From: a bacterium
GTDB taxonomy: Bacteria; Muiribacteriota; UBA6191
Direction of reading: 5' to 3'
NCBI GenBank assembly: GCA_036339875.1
Contig: JAYZAC010000090.1
Span: 1-17,487, forward strand
DNA length: 17,487 nt
This document shows, piece by piece, positions 8,916 to 16,892 of the stretch. The translations under genes were made by a program, and so were the position numbers. Numbering within the stretch: position 1 is the stretch's first letter; each line of letters opens with the position of its first letter. The notes below the pieces were generated by a model that was given only the letters and a program-made list of their open reading frames with translations, was not told the DNA's origin and ran no database searches.

Positions 8916-9430
8916 GAACAGCAAGTTTCATTTGGTACTCCCATCCAGAGAGGCCAACGGTTAAATTAAATTGGGATTATGACAGAGAAACCTCCGAATA
9001 TTTCATATTAGAGATTGATTTAGAAGGATCTAAAATACTTAATAATCAAATCGTAAATTACAGTCAAGATTTAATTAAAGAAGGGGTTCGAATTCCTGTT
9101 AGGATGCATTGGGATGACTCAGATTTATATTTAAGCATATCTGGATTAGTTTACCATTTTCGTCATCGCCCAAGTTATATGGATTTCATCGAATCAGGCC
9201 AAGGAGACGGTAATTTAAAAGCACAAATGCCCGGTAAAATTATGCAAATTAATTGTGCTTTAGATTCTAATGTTGAACGAGGTGATTTGCTTCTGATTAT
9301 GGAATCAATGAAAATGGAAAATAAGATTCTGGCTCCCATTAGTGGAAAAATTACAGAACTTCTAGTAGGTCCTGGCGAGCTTGTTGAGGCGGACCAATTA
9401 CTTGTGTCAATCGAAGGTTCTGATGGATGA
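8912..9430 (+). CDS. Biotin carboxyl carrier protein with N-terminal linker/BT-like region (detached C-terminal part of the carboxylase alpha subunit)
   Basis: Biotinyl-lysine motif in AQMPGKI...GDLLLIMESMKMENKILAP. ATGA overlap with the upstream biotin carboxylase. Confidence 0.9.
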   Translation: MRTASFIWYSHPERPTVKLNWDYDRETSEYFILEIDLEGSKILNNQIVNYSQDLIKEGVRIPVRMHWDDSDLYLSISGLVYHFRHRPSYMDFIESGQGDGNLKAQMPGKIMQINCALDSNVERGDLLLIMESMKMENKILAPISGKITELLVGPGELVEADQLLVSIEGSDG

Positions 9431-10313
9431 CATAAGAATAGTAGAAGTAGGTCCTCGCGATGGTTTGCAGAACATAGATCAGGTCATTGATATTGAGGTA
9501 AAAAAAGTACTAATTCAAGATTTACGAGCTGCTGGATTAAATGAAATCGAGGTTGGGGCGTTTGTATCGCCAAAATGGGTTCCTCAGATGGCAGATTCTA
9601 GAGCTCTGATTAATTCAATTGAATCTATCGACGGGCTTTCAGCTCTAGTACCCAATGTGAAAGGCTTAAATTATTTTAATGAGTCTAAGTTGAAGCGGGT
9701 CAGTTTTTTTATGGCCGTATCTGAATCTTTCAATAATAAGAACATTAACATGAGTGTTGAAGAATCAATTAGTTCAATTAGTTCATTACTAGAGCAAACA
9801 GAAGGTCTTTTCAGAAGAGTTTATTTAAGTACAGTATTTTTCTGCCCATATGAGGGCGAAGTTAGTTCTCATCAATTAAGAAAAGTCTTTGAACATCTTA
9901 GTGAGCTAAAATTTGAAGATTTAAGTTTGGGTGATACGATTGGTAAAGCAACCCCCAGCTATGTCAGGGAAGTTCTCAAAATTGCTCAGGATTTTTTTCC
10001 AGTGGAAAAGTTAAGTATGCATTTTCACGATACTTATGGAACGGCCTTGGCAAATTGTCAAGCGGCACTAGACTTGGGTATAAGGTCTTTTGATTCTAGC
10101 TGCTCAGGTTTAGGAGGTTGCCCTTATGCCCCAGGAGCTAGTGGTAATATTGCTACGGAAGATCTAGTTTATTTGTTTGAAAGAGAAGGTTTTCGAACTG
10201 GTGTAGACTTGGCAAAATTAATAGATGCTAGTACTAAAATCGATTCTTATTTAGAGCGTGTTAGTCAGTCAAAGGTTCACCAAGCGCTACGATGTAATAA
10301 AGTTTTGGATTAA
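9423..10313 (+). CDS. liuE: Hydroxymethylglutaryl-CoA lyase
   Basis: Motifs EVGPRDGLQN, FVSPKWVPQMAD, LGDTIG, HFHDTYG and GLGGCPYAPGASGNIATED. ATG 9423 (MDDIRIVE) is preferred over 9381. Confidence 0.95.
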   Translation: MDDIRIVEVGPRDGLQNIDQVIDIEVKKVLIQDLRAAGLNEIEVGAFVSPKWVPQMADSRALINSIESIDGLSALVPNVKGLNYFNESKLKRVSFFMAVSESFNNKNINMSVEESISSISSLLEQTEGLFRRVYLSTVFFCPYEGEVSSHQLRKVFEHLSELKFEDLSLGDTIGKATPSYVREVLKIAQDFFPVEKLSMHFHDTYGTALANCQAALDLGIRSFDSSCSGLGGCPYAPGASGNIATEDLVYLFEREGFRTGVDLAKLIDASTKIDSYLERVSQSKVHQALRCNKVLD

Positions 10314-10328
10314 TTAAGGAGGATTTTG

Positions 10329-11198
10329 GTGAAAGATTGGCTGACATTGTTTCGTGTACAGCAGTATATTAAGAATGTCTTCATTTTTTTCCCTTTATTT
10401 TTTTCGGGGCAAATTTTTCAAATTAATCTGATTCAGCCTGCTTTGCTAGCATTTGTTTCTTTCTGCTTGATTGCTTCAGCTGTCTATATATTCAATGACA
10501 GCAGAGATATTAAACAAGACAGAGAGCATCCAGTTAAAAAAATGCGCCCACTAGCTAGTGGTAAAATAGCTCTGCGTAAGGCATCTGTAGTGGCGCTTTT
10601 TTTGGTCTTATCAGGTGTGTTGATAGCGATTCAGATTTCATGGGATTTAACACAACTTTTGTTGATCTACTTATTAATAAATATCGCGTATAGTTTTTAC
10701 CTTAAACAGATTCCCATCGTAGACGTTTGCATAGTAGCCTTTGGATTTTGGTTACGTTTGTTAGTAGGCTCGGTAGCTTCAGGTGTACCATTGTCTCTTT
10801 GGATTCAGTTAATGACTTTTTTACTAGCTCTATTCATAGCCTTAGCAAAACGTCGTGATGATGTTTTATTGACGCAGAATGAAGGTGTTACAACTCGTAA
10901 GGTTGTGGATGGTTACAACTTGGAATTTCTAGGATTATCAATGATGTTAATGGGATCGGTCACTATCGTTTGCTACATTATGTACTGTTTTTCTCCAGAG
11001 GTTCAGTTAAGAGTAGGTTCTCAAAATTTGGTTATTACCGTTATTTTTGTAATTACGGGGATTTTGAGGTACATGCAGTTAACTTTTGTTGAATCTAAAA
11101 GTGGTGCACCGGTGAAGATTTTATTGACTGACCGCTTTTTGCAGCTTGTAATTTTAGCTTGGTTCTCGTGTTTCGTTTATTTTATTTATGCGAGCTGA
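10329..11198 (+). CDS. UbiA-family polyprenyl-phosphate phosphoribosyltransferase (DPPR synthase, Rv3806c/NoeC-like)
   Basis: Motifs R-Q-KN, SAVYIFNDSRDIKQDREHPVKKMRPLASG, YSFYLK, LAKRR and GILRY; multi-pass membrane protein. RBS AAGGAGG (10316-10322) favours GTG 10329. Confidence 0.9.
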   Translation: MKDWLTLFRVQQYIKNVFIFFPLFFSGQIFQINLIQPALLAFVSFCLIASAVYIFNDSRDIKQDREHPVKKMRPLASGKIALRKASVVALFLVLSGVLIAIQISWDLTQLLLIYLLINIAYSFYLKQIPIVDVCIVAFGFWLRLLVGSVASGVPLSLWIQLMTFLLALFIALAKRRDDVLLTQNEGVTTRKVVDGYNLEFLGLSMMLMGSVTIVCYIMYCFSPEVQLRVGSQNLVITVIFVITGILRYMQLTFVESKSGAPVKILLTDRFLQLVILAWFSCFVYFIYAS

Positions 11199-11206
11199 TT
11201 AAATTT

Positions 11207-11623
11207 ATGCAAGCATTCAAATATTTTACGTTTGCTATCATATGTACCATAATTAATCTGGGTACGCAGTTTTTGATTCTGGAAGGAATTAATCAGAATA
11301 AGTATGATCACGATACGATGGTTTTATCGGCTATGTTTTGTGGCACTTTTGCAGGATTACTTAGTAAATTTTTTTTGGATAAATTTTATGTATTTATGGA
11401 TCCAAGAGAAAATCTTAATACCGAGCTTAGTAAATTTTTTATTTATTCTTCAATGGGTGTGATTACCACTGCAATTTTCTGGCTTACAGAATGGTGTTTT
11501 TATATTACTTGGAAAAACCCCGCAGCTAAATACATTGGCGGTTTATTGGGGCTAAGTTTAGGTTATTGTTTGAAATATATTCTGGATCAACGTTTCGTAT
11601 TTAACCAAGCGAGCTCCAGATGA
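11207..11623 (+). CDS. GtrA-family lipid-linked sugar flippase
   Basis: ~138 aa with four hydrophobic segments and the repeated K-F/Y-x-LD-x-x-x-VF signature (KFFLDKFYVF, KYILDQRFVF). ATG 11207 is preferred. It lies between the UbiA and DprE1 homologues. Confidence 0.85.
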   Translation: MQAFKYFTFAIICTIINLGTQFLILEGINQNKYDHDTMVLSAMFCGTFAGLLSKFFLDKFYVFMDPRENLNTELSKFFIYSSMGVITTAIFWLTEWCFYITWKNPAAKYIGGLLGLSLGYCLKYILDQRFVFNQASSR

Positions 11624-12966
11624 GTTTTTCCCCTGTGAAAAAGAATTTAATGAACTGGGGACAATTTCCCGTAAGAATGGGAAAAAGTTACCAATTCAGC
11701 AGTGAGTATGAACTCGATAAATTATGGATTCAATTGAAAAACAGTTTTATAGCGCGTGGAATGGGTCGCTGTTATGGAGACGGTTCATTGGCTTCCCAAG
11801 TTCTATCTACTGTAAATTATTCTCATTTGCTTGATCTAGATGAAGAACATGGTGTTTTGGTGGCAGAGTCTGGCATAACTCTAAATCAATTATTAGAGAC
11901 CTTAATTCCAAGAGGATGGTTCCTTCCAGTAACACCGGGCACGAGTTACGTTACCCTTGGTGGAGCTGTTGCAGCTGATGTTCATGGCAAAAATCATCAT
12001 TGTGATGGAAGTTTTGGTAATTTTATCAGTTGGTTCGATCTGAAGATTCCCTCGGGTGAAATTCTGCGCTGTTCGCCGAGCGAAAATAGCGAAATTTTCT
12101 ATGCAACTATTGGGGGTATGGGACTTACTGGATTGATTCTATCGGTAGCCTTAAAGCTTCTTAGGATTGAAACGTCTTGGATTGACCAGAAAATAGTTTC
12201 AGCTCATAATTTGGAAGGGTTAATGGATTTATTTGAGTCTGAAGAGCAATTAAAATATTCGGTTGCTTGGATCGACTGTCTGCATCTTAAAAATCCAGGT
12301 CATGGCGTATTAATGAGTGGAAGGCATGCGGTTGCTGATGAACTTCGTACTTTTGATTTAGATGCTTTAGAGATTAACTTAAAAACTAAATTAAGCGTTC
12401 CTTGTAATCTGCCAGATTGGTTTTTGAGTACATGGTTAGTTCGTATGTTAAATAATGGCTACAGTTATGCTCAAAAATTTCAGCAAGATCGCCAACTAGT
12501 ACCTCTAGCGAGTTATTTTTATCCGCTTGATACTGTCAGACATTGGAATCGAATGTATGGCTCATCTGGATTCATACAGTATCAGTGTGTTTTACCTTTG
12601 AAAAACAGTAAGGATGGTTTAAACGAAATATTGTGGAATATTCAGAAATCTGGTGAAGGTTCATTTTTAGCTGTCTTAAAAAAGTTTGGATCATCAAATA
12701 GTGGCGGTTGGTTATCATTTCCAATGGAAGGATATACATTAGCACTTGATTTTCCTCGTAGATCCTCTACGGAGAAACTGTTGAAAAATCTTGATGAAGT
12801 AGTTTCGCGATATGGTGGACGCTTATACTTGGCAAAAGACTCACGAGGACCAAAGGATTTATTTGAACAAAGCTATCCTAGATGGAGTGAGTTTAAGTTA
12901 TTGAGAAATAAAATTGATCCTAATCAGACTCTAAATAGCGACTTGGCCATGAGATTAGGACTTTAA
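11620..12966 (+). CDS. dprE1: DprE1-like FAD-dependent polyprenylphosphoryl-beta-D-ribose 2'-oxidase
   Basis: Motifs IARGMGRCYGD, LPVTPGT, GGAVAADVHGKNHH, TIGGMGLTG, YSVAWID, YPLD...WNRMYG..GFIQYQ, SFPMEGYTLALDFP and GGRLYLAKD. Confidence 0.9.
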   Translation: MSFSPVKKNLMNWGQFPVRMGKSYQFSSEYELDKLWIQLKNSFIARGMGRCYGDGSLASQVLSTVNYSHLLDLDEEHGVLVAESGITLNQLLETLIPRGWFLPVTPGTSYVTLGGAVAADVHGKNHHCDGSFGNFISWFDLKIPSGEILRCSPSENSEIFYATIGGMGLTGLILSVALKLLRIETSWIDQKIVSAHNLEGLMDLFESEEQLKYSVAWIDCLHLKNPGHGVLMSGRHAVADELRTFDLDALEINLKTKLSVPCNLPDWFLSTWLVRMLNNGYSYAQKFQQDRQLVPLASYFYPLDTVRHWNRMYGSSGFIQYQCVLPLKNSKDGLNEILWNIQKSGEGSFLAVLKKFGSSNSGGWLSFPMEGYTLALDFPRRSSTEKLLKNLDEVVSRYGGRLYLAKDSRGPKDLFEQSYPRWSEFKLLRNKIDPNQTLNSDLAMRLGL

Positions 12967-12984
12967 CTTTAGGAAGTTTTATCG

Positions 12985-13722
12985 ATGAAAGAAAAATCGG
13001 TACTTATATTGGGAGCGAGTTCAGATATAGGAAGAGCTTTAGCAGTAGAATATGCCGCCAATGACTATGATTTAATCATTACCGCGAGAAAACCAGAAAC
13101 TTTAATGGGATTGAAAAATCATCTTCAAATTAAATACGAGTGTGAGGTACAAGTAGTATCACTCGATATAAGTGATTCAACAGATCTATCTCATTTTTCA
13201 GATTTAATGGCGCGATTACCGCTCGGAATTATAAATTGTATAGGTGATTTGTCGGATGAGATGGCTTGCAGCTTAGATTCAAAGGTTTTGAGTAAGAATT
13301 ACAGAGTGAATGCTGAGGGACCAATAGTTTTTCTTGAATATTTTGCGAATAGATTCGTAGAGCGAGGTTTTGGCTTTGTGGTTGGAATTAGTTCTGTAGC
13401 AGGTGATAGGGGGCGCTCTAGAAATGGTTTTTACGGTTCAGCAAAAGCAATGCTAAGCACCTATCTTTCTGCTTTACGAAACAGAATGTTCAAGCTAAAC
13501 GTTTTTGTGTTAGATGTTAGGCCCGGGTTTGTAAAAACTAAAATGACCGCTCATCTACATTTACCGAAGTTTTTGACTACTGACCCGAGTACTGTTGCTC
13601 GTGATATTTTTAAAGCTCAGCAGAGTAGAAAAGATATTATATATACTCCTTTTTATTGGTACTGGATTATGATGTTTATAAAAAATATACCTGAGTTTAT
13701 ATTTAAACGAATGAAGATCTGA
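12985..13722 (+). CDS. dprE2: DprE2-like short-chain dehydrogenase/reductase (2-keto-pentose reductase)
   Basis: Motifs LILGASSDIG, ISSVAGDRGR, catalytic YGSAK and VRPGFVKTKMT; directly downstream of dprE1. Confidence 0.85.
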   Translation: MKEKSVLILGASSDIGRALAVEYAANDYDLIITARKPETLMGLKNHLQIKYECEVQVVSLDISDSTDLSHFSDLMARLPLGIINCIGDLSDEMACSLDSKVLSKNYRVNAEGPIVFLEYFANRFVERGFGFVVGISSVAGDRGRSRNGFYGSAKAMLSTYLSALRNRMFKLNVFVLDVRPGFVKTKMTAHLHLPKFLTTDPSTVARDIFKAQQSRKDIIYTPFYWYWIMMFIKNIPEFIFKRMKI

Positions 13723-14355
13723 ATGAATTCTTTGGCACTTTTTGATTTTGATGGAACTATCACGACTAAAGACACGTTTAGTCAGTTTTTAATTTATTTG
13801 ATGTCTCCTCCAAGACTGATTTTCGAATCTATGATTTTGGGTCCCACCTATGTGGCCTACCTTTTTAATTTAATTAGTAATAACTCAGCTAAAGGTATGG
13901 CATTGAAGCGTGTTTTAAAAGGCTACTCTGAGGAACAGCTATTAAGTCTAGGGCTTGATTTTTACGAGAACCGATGTCGTGATCTAATTCGCCCCAAAGC
14001 AATAAATCGTATTAAATGGCATAAAGATCGAGGTGATGATGTTGTTTTAGTTTCAGCCTCTGTGGGCTTTTGGCTACTGCCTTTCGCTAATGAGTATGAT
14101 TTGGATTTAATATGTACTCGCGTAAAATGTGAACAAGGTATTTGCTTAGGTCAACTAGATGGTCTCAATTGCTTTGGGCCAGAAAAAGTACGTAGAGTCG
14201 AGGAAAAATACGATTTTTCAAAATATGAGACAGTTTATGCTTATGGCGATACACGCGGCGATAAAGAGATGTTAGAGGTAGCTAAACTGGGTTTCTTCAA
14301 GCCGTTTCGAGGTGCTGGATCCGATATTCCGATGAAGAGTTGGGAGGCTAGGTGA
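13723..14355 (+). CDS. HAD-IB family phosphatase, probable polyprenyl-phosphoryl-ribose-5-phosphate phosphatase
   Basis: HAD motifs FDFDGT, VSAS, GPEK and YGDTRGD. The ATG abuts the dprE2 stop codon. The substrate is inferred from gene context. Confidence 0.85.
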   Translation: MNSLALFDFDGTITTKDTFSQFLIYLMSPPRLIFESMILGPTYVAYLFNLISNNSAKGMALKRVLKGYSEEQLLSLGLDFYENRCRDLIRPKAINRIKWHKDRGDDVVLVSASVGFWLLPFANEYDLDLICTRVKCEQGICLGQLDGLNCFGPEKVRRVEEKYDFSKYETVYAYGDTRGDKEMLEVAKLGFFKPFRGAGSDIPMKSWEAR

Positions 14356-14954
14356 ATCTAATTGATAATTCCTACGACCTAGATCGGAATGAATTTGAAA
14401 AAGTTCAGGGTCATAAGGGTTATGTTCTATGGTTTACGGGGTTGAGTGGCTCAGGAAAATCAACATTGTGCTCACAATTGGCTAAAGCCTTGTTCGCCGC
14501 CAGTATTAGATTCATAGTCTTAGATGGAGATCATATTCGAAAAGGTCTCAATAAAGACTGCGATTTTTCAAGGAATGGTCGTGATGAAAATCTTCGAAGA
14601 GTTGCAGAATTAGCCAAATTTCTATTGCAACAGGGGCATGTGGTTTTGTGTTCTTTCATTTCTCCATTAGATGCTCAGCGTAAAATGGCTTGTAAGATTA
14701 TTGGTGAGAATGATTTCAGCCTGATCTATGTAAAAGCATCAATAGCAACCTGTGAAAACCGTGATCCAAAAGATCTCTATTCGAGAGCTAGGCTTGGCCA
14801 AATTGAAAATTTCACTGGAATTTCAAGTCCTTATGAAGAACCTCAGGAAGCTAGTCTAAAGTTAGATACTGAGAATAGTTCAATTAATGATTGCTCTCAT
14901 GAGTTGGTACAGTTCTGTTTGGAAAAAATCGGCCACGCTGTAGAATTTGTTTAA
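14352..14954 (+). CDS. cysC: Adenylyl-sulfate (APS) kinase
   Basis: P-loop WFTGLSGSGKST, plus LDGDHIRKGL, ENLRRVAE, FISP, RDPKDLY and FTGISSPYEEP. GTGA overlap with the HAD gene. Confidence 0.95.
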   Translation: MNLIDNSYDLDRNEFEKVQGHKGYVLWFTGLSGSGKSTLCSQLAKALFAASIRFIVLDGDHIRKGLNKDCDFSRNGRDENLRRVAELAKFLLQQGHVVLCSFISPLDAQRKMACKIIGENDFSLIYVKASIATCENRDPKDLYSRARLGQIENFTGISSPYEEPQEASLKLDTENSSINDCSHELVQFCLEKIGHAVEFV

Positions 14955-14987
14955 TATTGAGTGAGTAGTTTCCGATAGGACGATAAT

Positions 14988-15079
14988 AACTCGTTCAAAA
15001 ACGTCCGCCCTGCGGTGAGCAACGATTCAAGTCTAGTTTACATTGAGTCTAAATCCTCAGTTATTGGACGGGACGAGTT
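14988..15079 (+). other. Long imperfect hairpin in a 287-nt spacer; candidate structured RNA or regulatory element
   Basis: Nested helices AACTCGTTC/GGACGAGTT, CGTCC/GGACG, CTGCGG/CCTCAG and GATTCAA/TTGAGTC. Wobble pairs are G-U on the plus strand. Confidence 0.4.
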
Positions 15080-15241
15080 GAAAACAAAGTTTGCAGCATC
15101 AGTTCCTCTAAATAAGTCTGTCGTATTAAATCGATAAAGTAATAAACTTTAACAGTTACTTGGAAATTATTTATGATGGTCACAAAGTATGCCTACATCA
15201 GGTATTATGACGGAATTATTTACAAAAACAATGGATTTTAA

Positions 15242-15772
15242 ATGCTTTGTGTCTTCTCTGAAAATTTTAACGAAACTCATTTACCAGCGAAATATGTGAG
15301 TGTTGAATCTACTATTCATAAATTTCTTGATATGAACCAAGGTGAAGTTAGAACGCAAATTAGTATGGTGCAAACAGAAAAAACACCATTACATTATATT
15401 GAAGAACTTACACAGATACGGTCTGGAAAAGTCGATTACATAAGAGTTTATCAAGAGCATTCTGAGGAGGGCGTATTCGATTCCTCAGATAAACCAGAAC
15501 GCGAGCTCAAACTGACTAAAAGGCTGCAATACGAATTTTTGAAATATGGTGATGGAAACATAGTTCGTCGTAACCATGCTTGGGATGATGACGCTATTGA
15601 AAATGCTTTAAACTCGACTATTCACAACATCTGGCACGGATTAAATTATCAGGATTTACATAGGGAGCTTCAAGCTCTTGATATTTGTGATAAAGTTTGT
15701 TCGAGATACGATTTTTGGTATCCATTGATTGGAATTAAAGGTATGGGAGAAACTATTGAAAAAGAGGTCTGA
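15242..15772 (+). pseudogene. Degenerate C-terminal fragment of a radical SAM/SPASM-domain protein
   Basis: DGNIVRRNHAWD...ENALNSTIHNIWHGLNYQDL...VCSRYDFW resembles the SPASM pattern DGxVxxCxxDW...GNxxxxSIxEIW...CxxC with the Cys/Gly residues substituted. There is no CxxxCxxC N-terminus, and an in-frame TAA immediately precedes the ATG. Confidence 0.6.
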
Positions 15773-16892
15773 ATTCATTGCTTTAACAAAGCCTAGAATT
15801 ACTGATGATGAAATTTCGGCTGTCGTAAAGGTTATGAAATCTGGCTGGTGGACTACTGGTCCTGAAACTTCGGCTTTTGAGAAAGAGATGGTTGAATATC
15901 TAGGCGGTGGATTAAACGCAGTTGGTTTAAATAGTTGTACGTCCGGTCTTTTTCTAGCCTTAAAGGCTCTCGACGTAGGATATGGAGACGAAGTGATTGT
16001 GCCAACAATGACTTACGTTGCAACTGCCCATGTGGTCGAATGGTGTGGGGCTACGCCAATTCTGTGCGATATCGACCCGTTGACCCGCAATTTAGACTTA
16101 GATGATTGTGCCAAAAAAATTACTCCAAGAACAAAGGTTATCATTCCTGTGCATATTGCGGGCTTGCCAGTTGATTTGAAGAACTTAAATATCTTAGCAA
16201 GTAAACATAATATAACCATAATCGAAGATGCGGCTCATGCAGTAGGTTCAAGCTATCAGGGGCAGAAGATAGGTCATCACTCCTTAGCAAGTATTTTTAG
16301 TTTTTATGCCACCAAAAACCTTGCTTGTGGAGAGGGGGGAATGTTGGTGACATCTGATGAAGAGTTTGCCGAAAAGATTAGGAGATTGTCTTACTTTGGA
16401 ATTGATAAACAAGCTTTTCAACGTCATACCAAAAAGGGAAGTTGGTATTATCAGGTAGAAGGTCCTGGATTTAAGTGTAATTTAGATAACATTCATGCTG
16501 CAATTGGAAGAATTCAGTTAAGAAAGTTAGATGATTTCATCGATAAAAGACAGAGAATTGCCGCTTGGTATGATGAATTGTTACCGGAATCAATTCAAAG
16601 ACCTATAAGGAATTCTGAGAGCTCACATTGCTTTCACCTTTATCAATTAGGACTTCCAGAAGAATGGAAAAGAGATGCGTTAGTAAGCTATTTGAAAGAT
16701 TGGAATGTTGGATGCAGTGTTCACTTCATTCCGCTACATGAGCATCCTCATTATCGCAGAAATAAAAATGAGTTTGCAGGATGTAATAGAATCTCGCATC
16801 GTAATTTGTCATTGCCTATGGATCCAGGTTTAACTGTCGATGATGTTAAATATATTAGCCGTGTCATTGAAAACTTTGGAGAGAAGTTGTGA
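15756..16892 (+). CDS. DegT/DnrJ/EryC1/StrS family PLP-dependent sugar aminotransferase (SpsC/ArnB-like)
   Basis: Motifs SGWWTTGP, NSCTSGL, GDEVIVP, IIPVHIAG, IEDAAHA and PLP lysine in SFYATKNLACGEGG. TTG 15756 with GGGAG upstream is preferred over 15729. Confidence 0.94.
   Translation: MKKRSEFIALTKPRITDDEISAVVKVMKSGWWTTGPETSAFEKEMVEYLGGGLNAVGLNSCTSGLFLALKALDVGYGDEVIVPTMTYVATAHVVEWCGATPILCDIDPLTRNLDLDDCAKKITPRTKVIIPVHIAGLPVDLKNLNILASKHNITIIEDAAHAVGSSYQGQKIGHHSLASIFSFYATKNLACGEGGMLVTSDEEFAEKIRRLSYFGIDKQAFQRHTKKGSWYYQVEGPGFKCNLDNIHAAIGRIQLRKLDDFIDKRQRIAAWYDELLPESIQRPIRNSESSHCFHLYQLGLPEEWKRDALVSYLKDWNVGCSVHFIPLHEHPHYRRNKNEFAGCNRISHRNLSLPMDPGLTVDDVKYISRVIENFGEKL

Noticed and set aside
15002..15125. 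Cobalamin riboswitch or firm 6S RNA call for the spacer
   Set aside because: Resemblance is only loose: the GGGAA...GGTG.AA.TCC and GCCACTG...GGGAAG cores are absent, and the usual 6S gene context is missing. Kept only as an unassigned structure.
16013..16219. 68-aa minus-strand ORF
   Set aside because: Antisense shadow of the aminotransferase.
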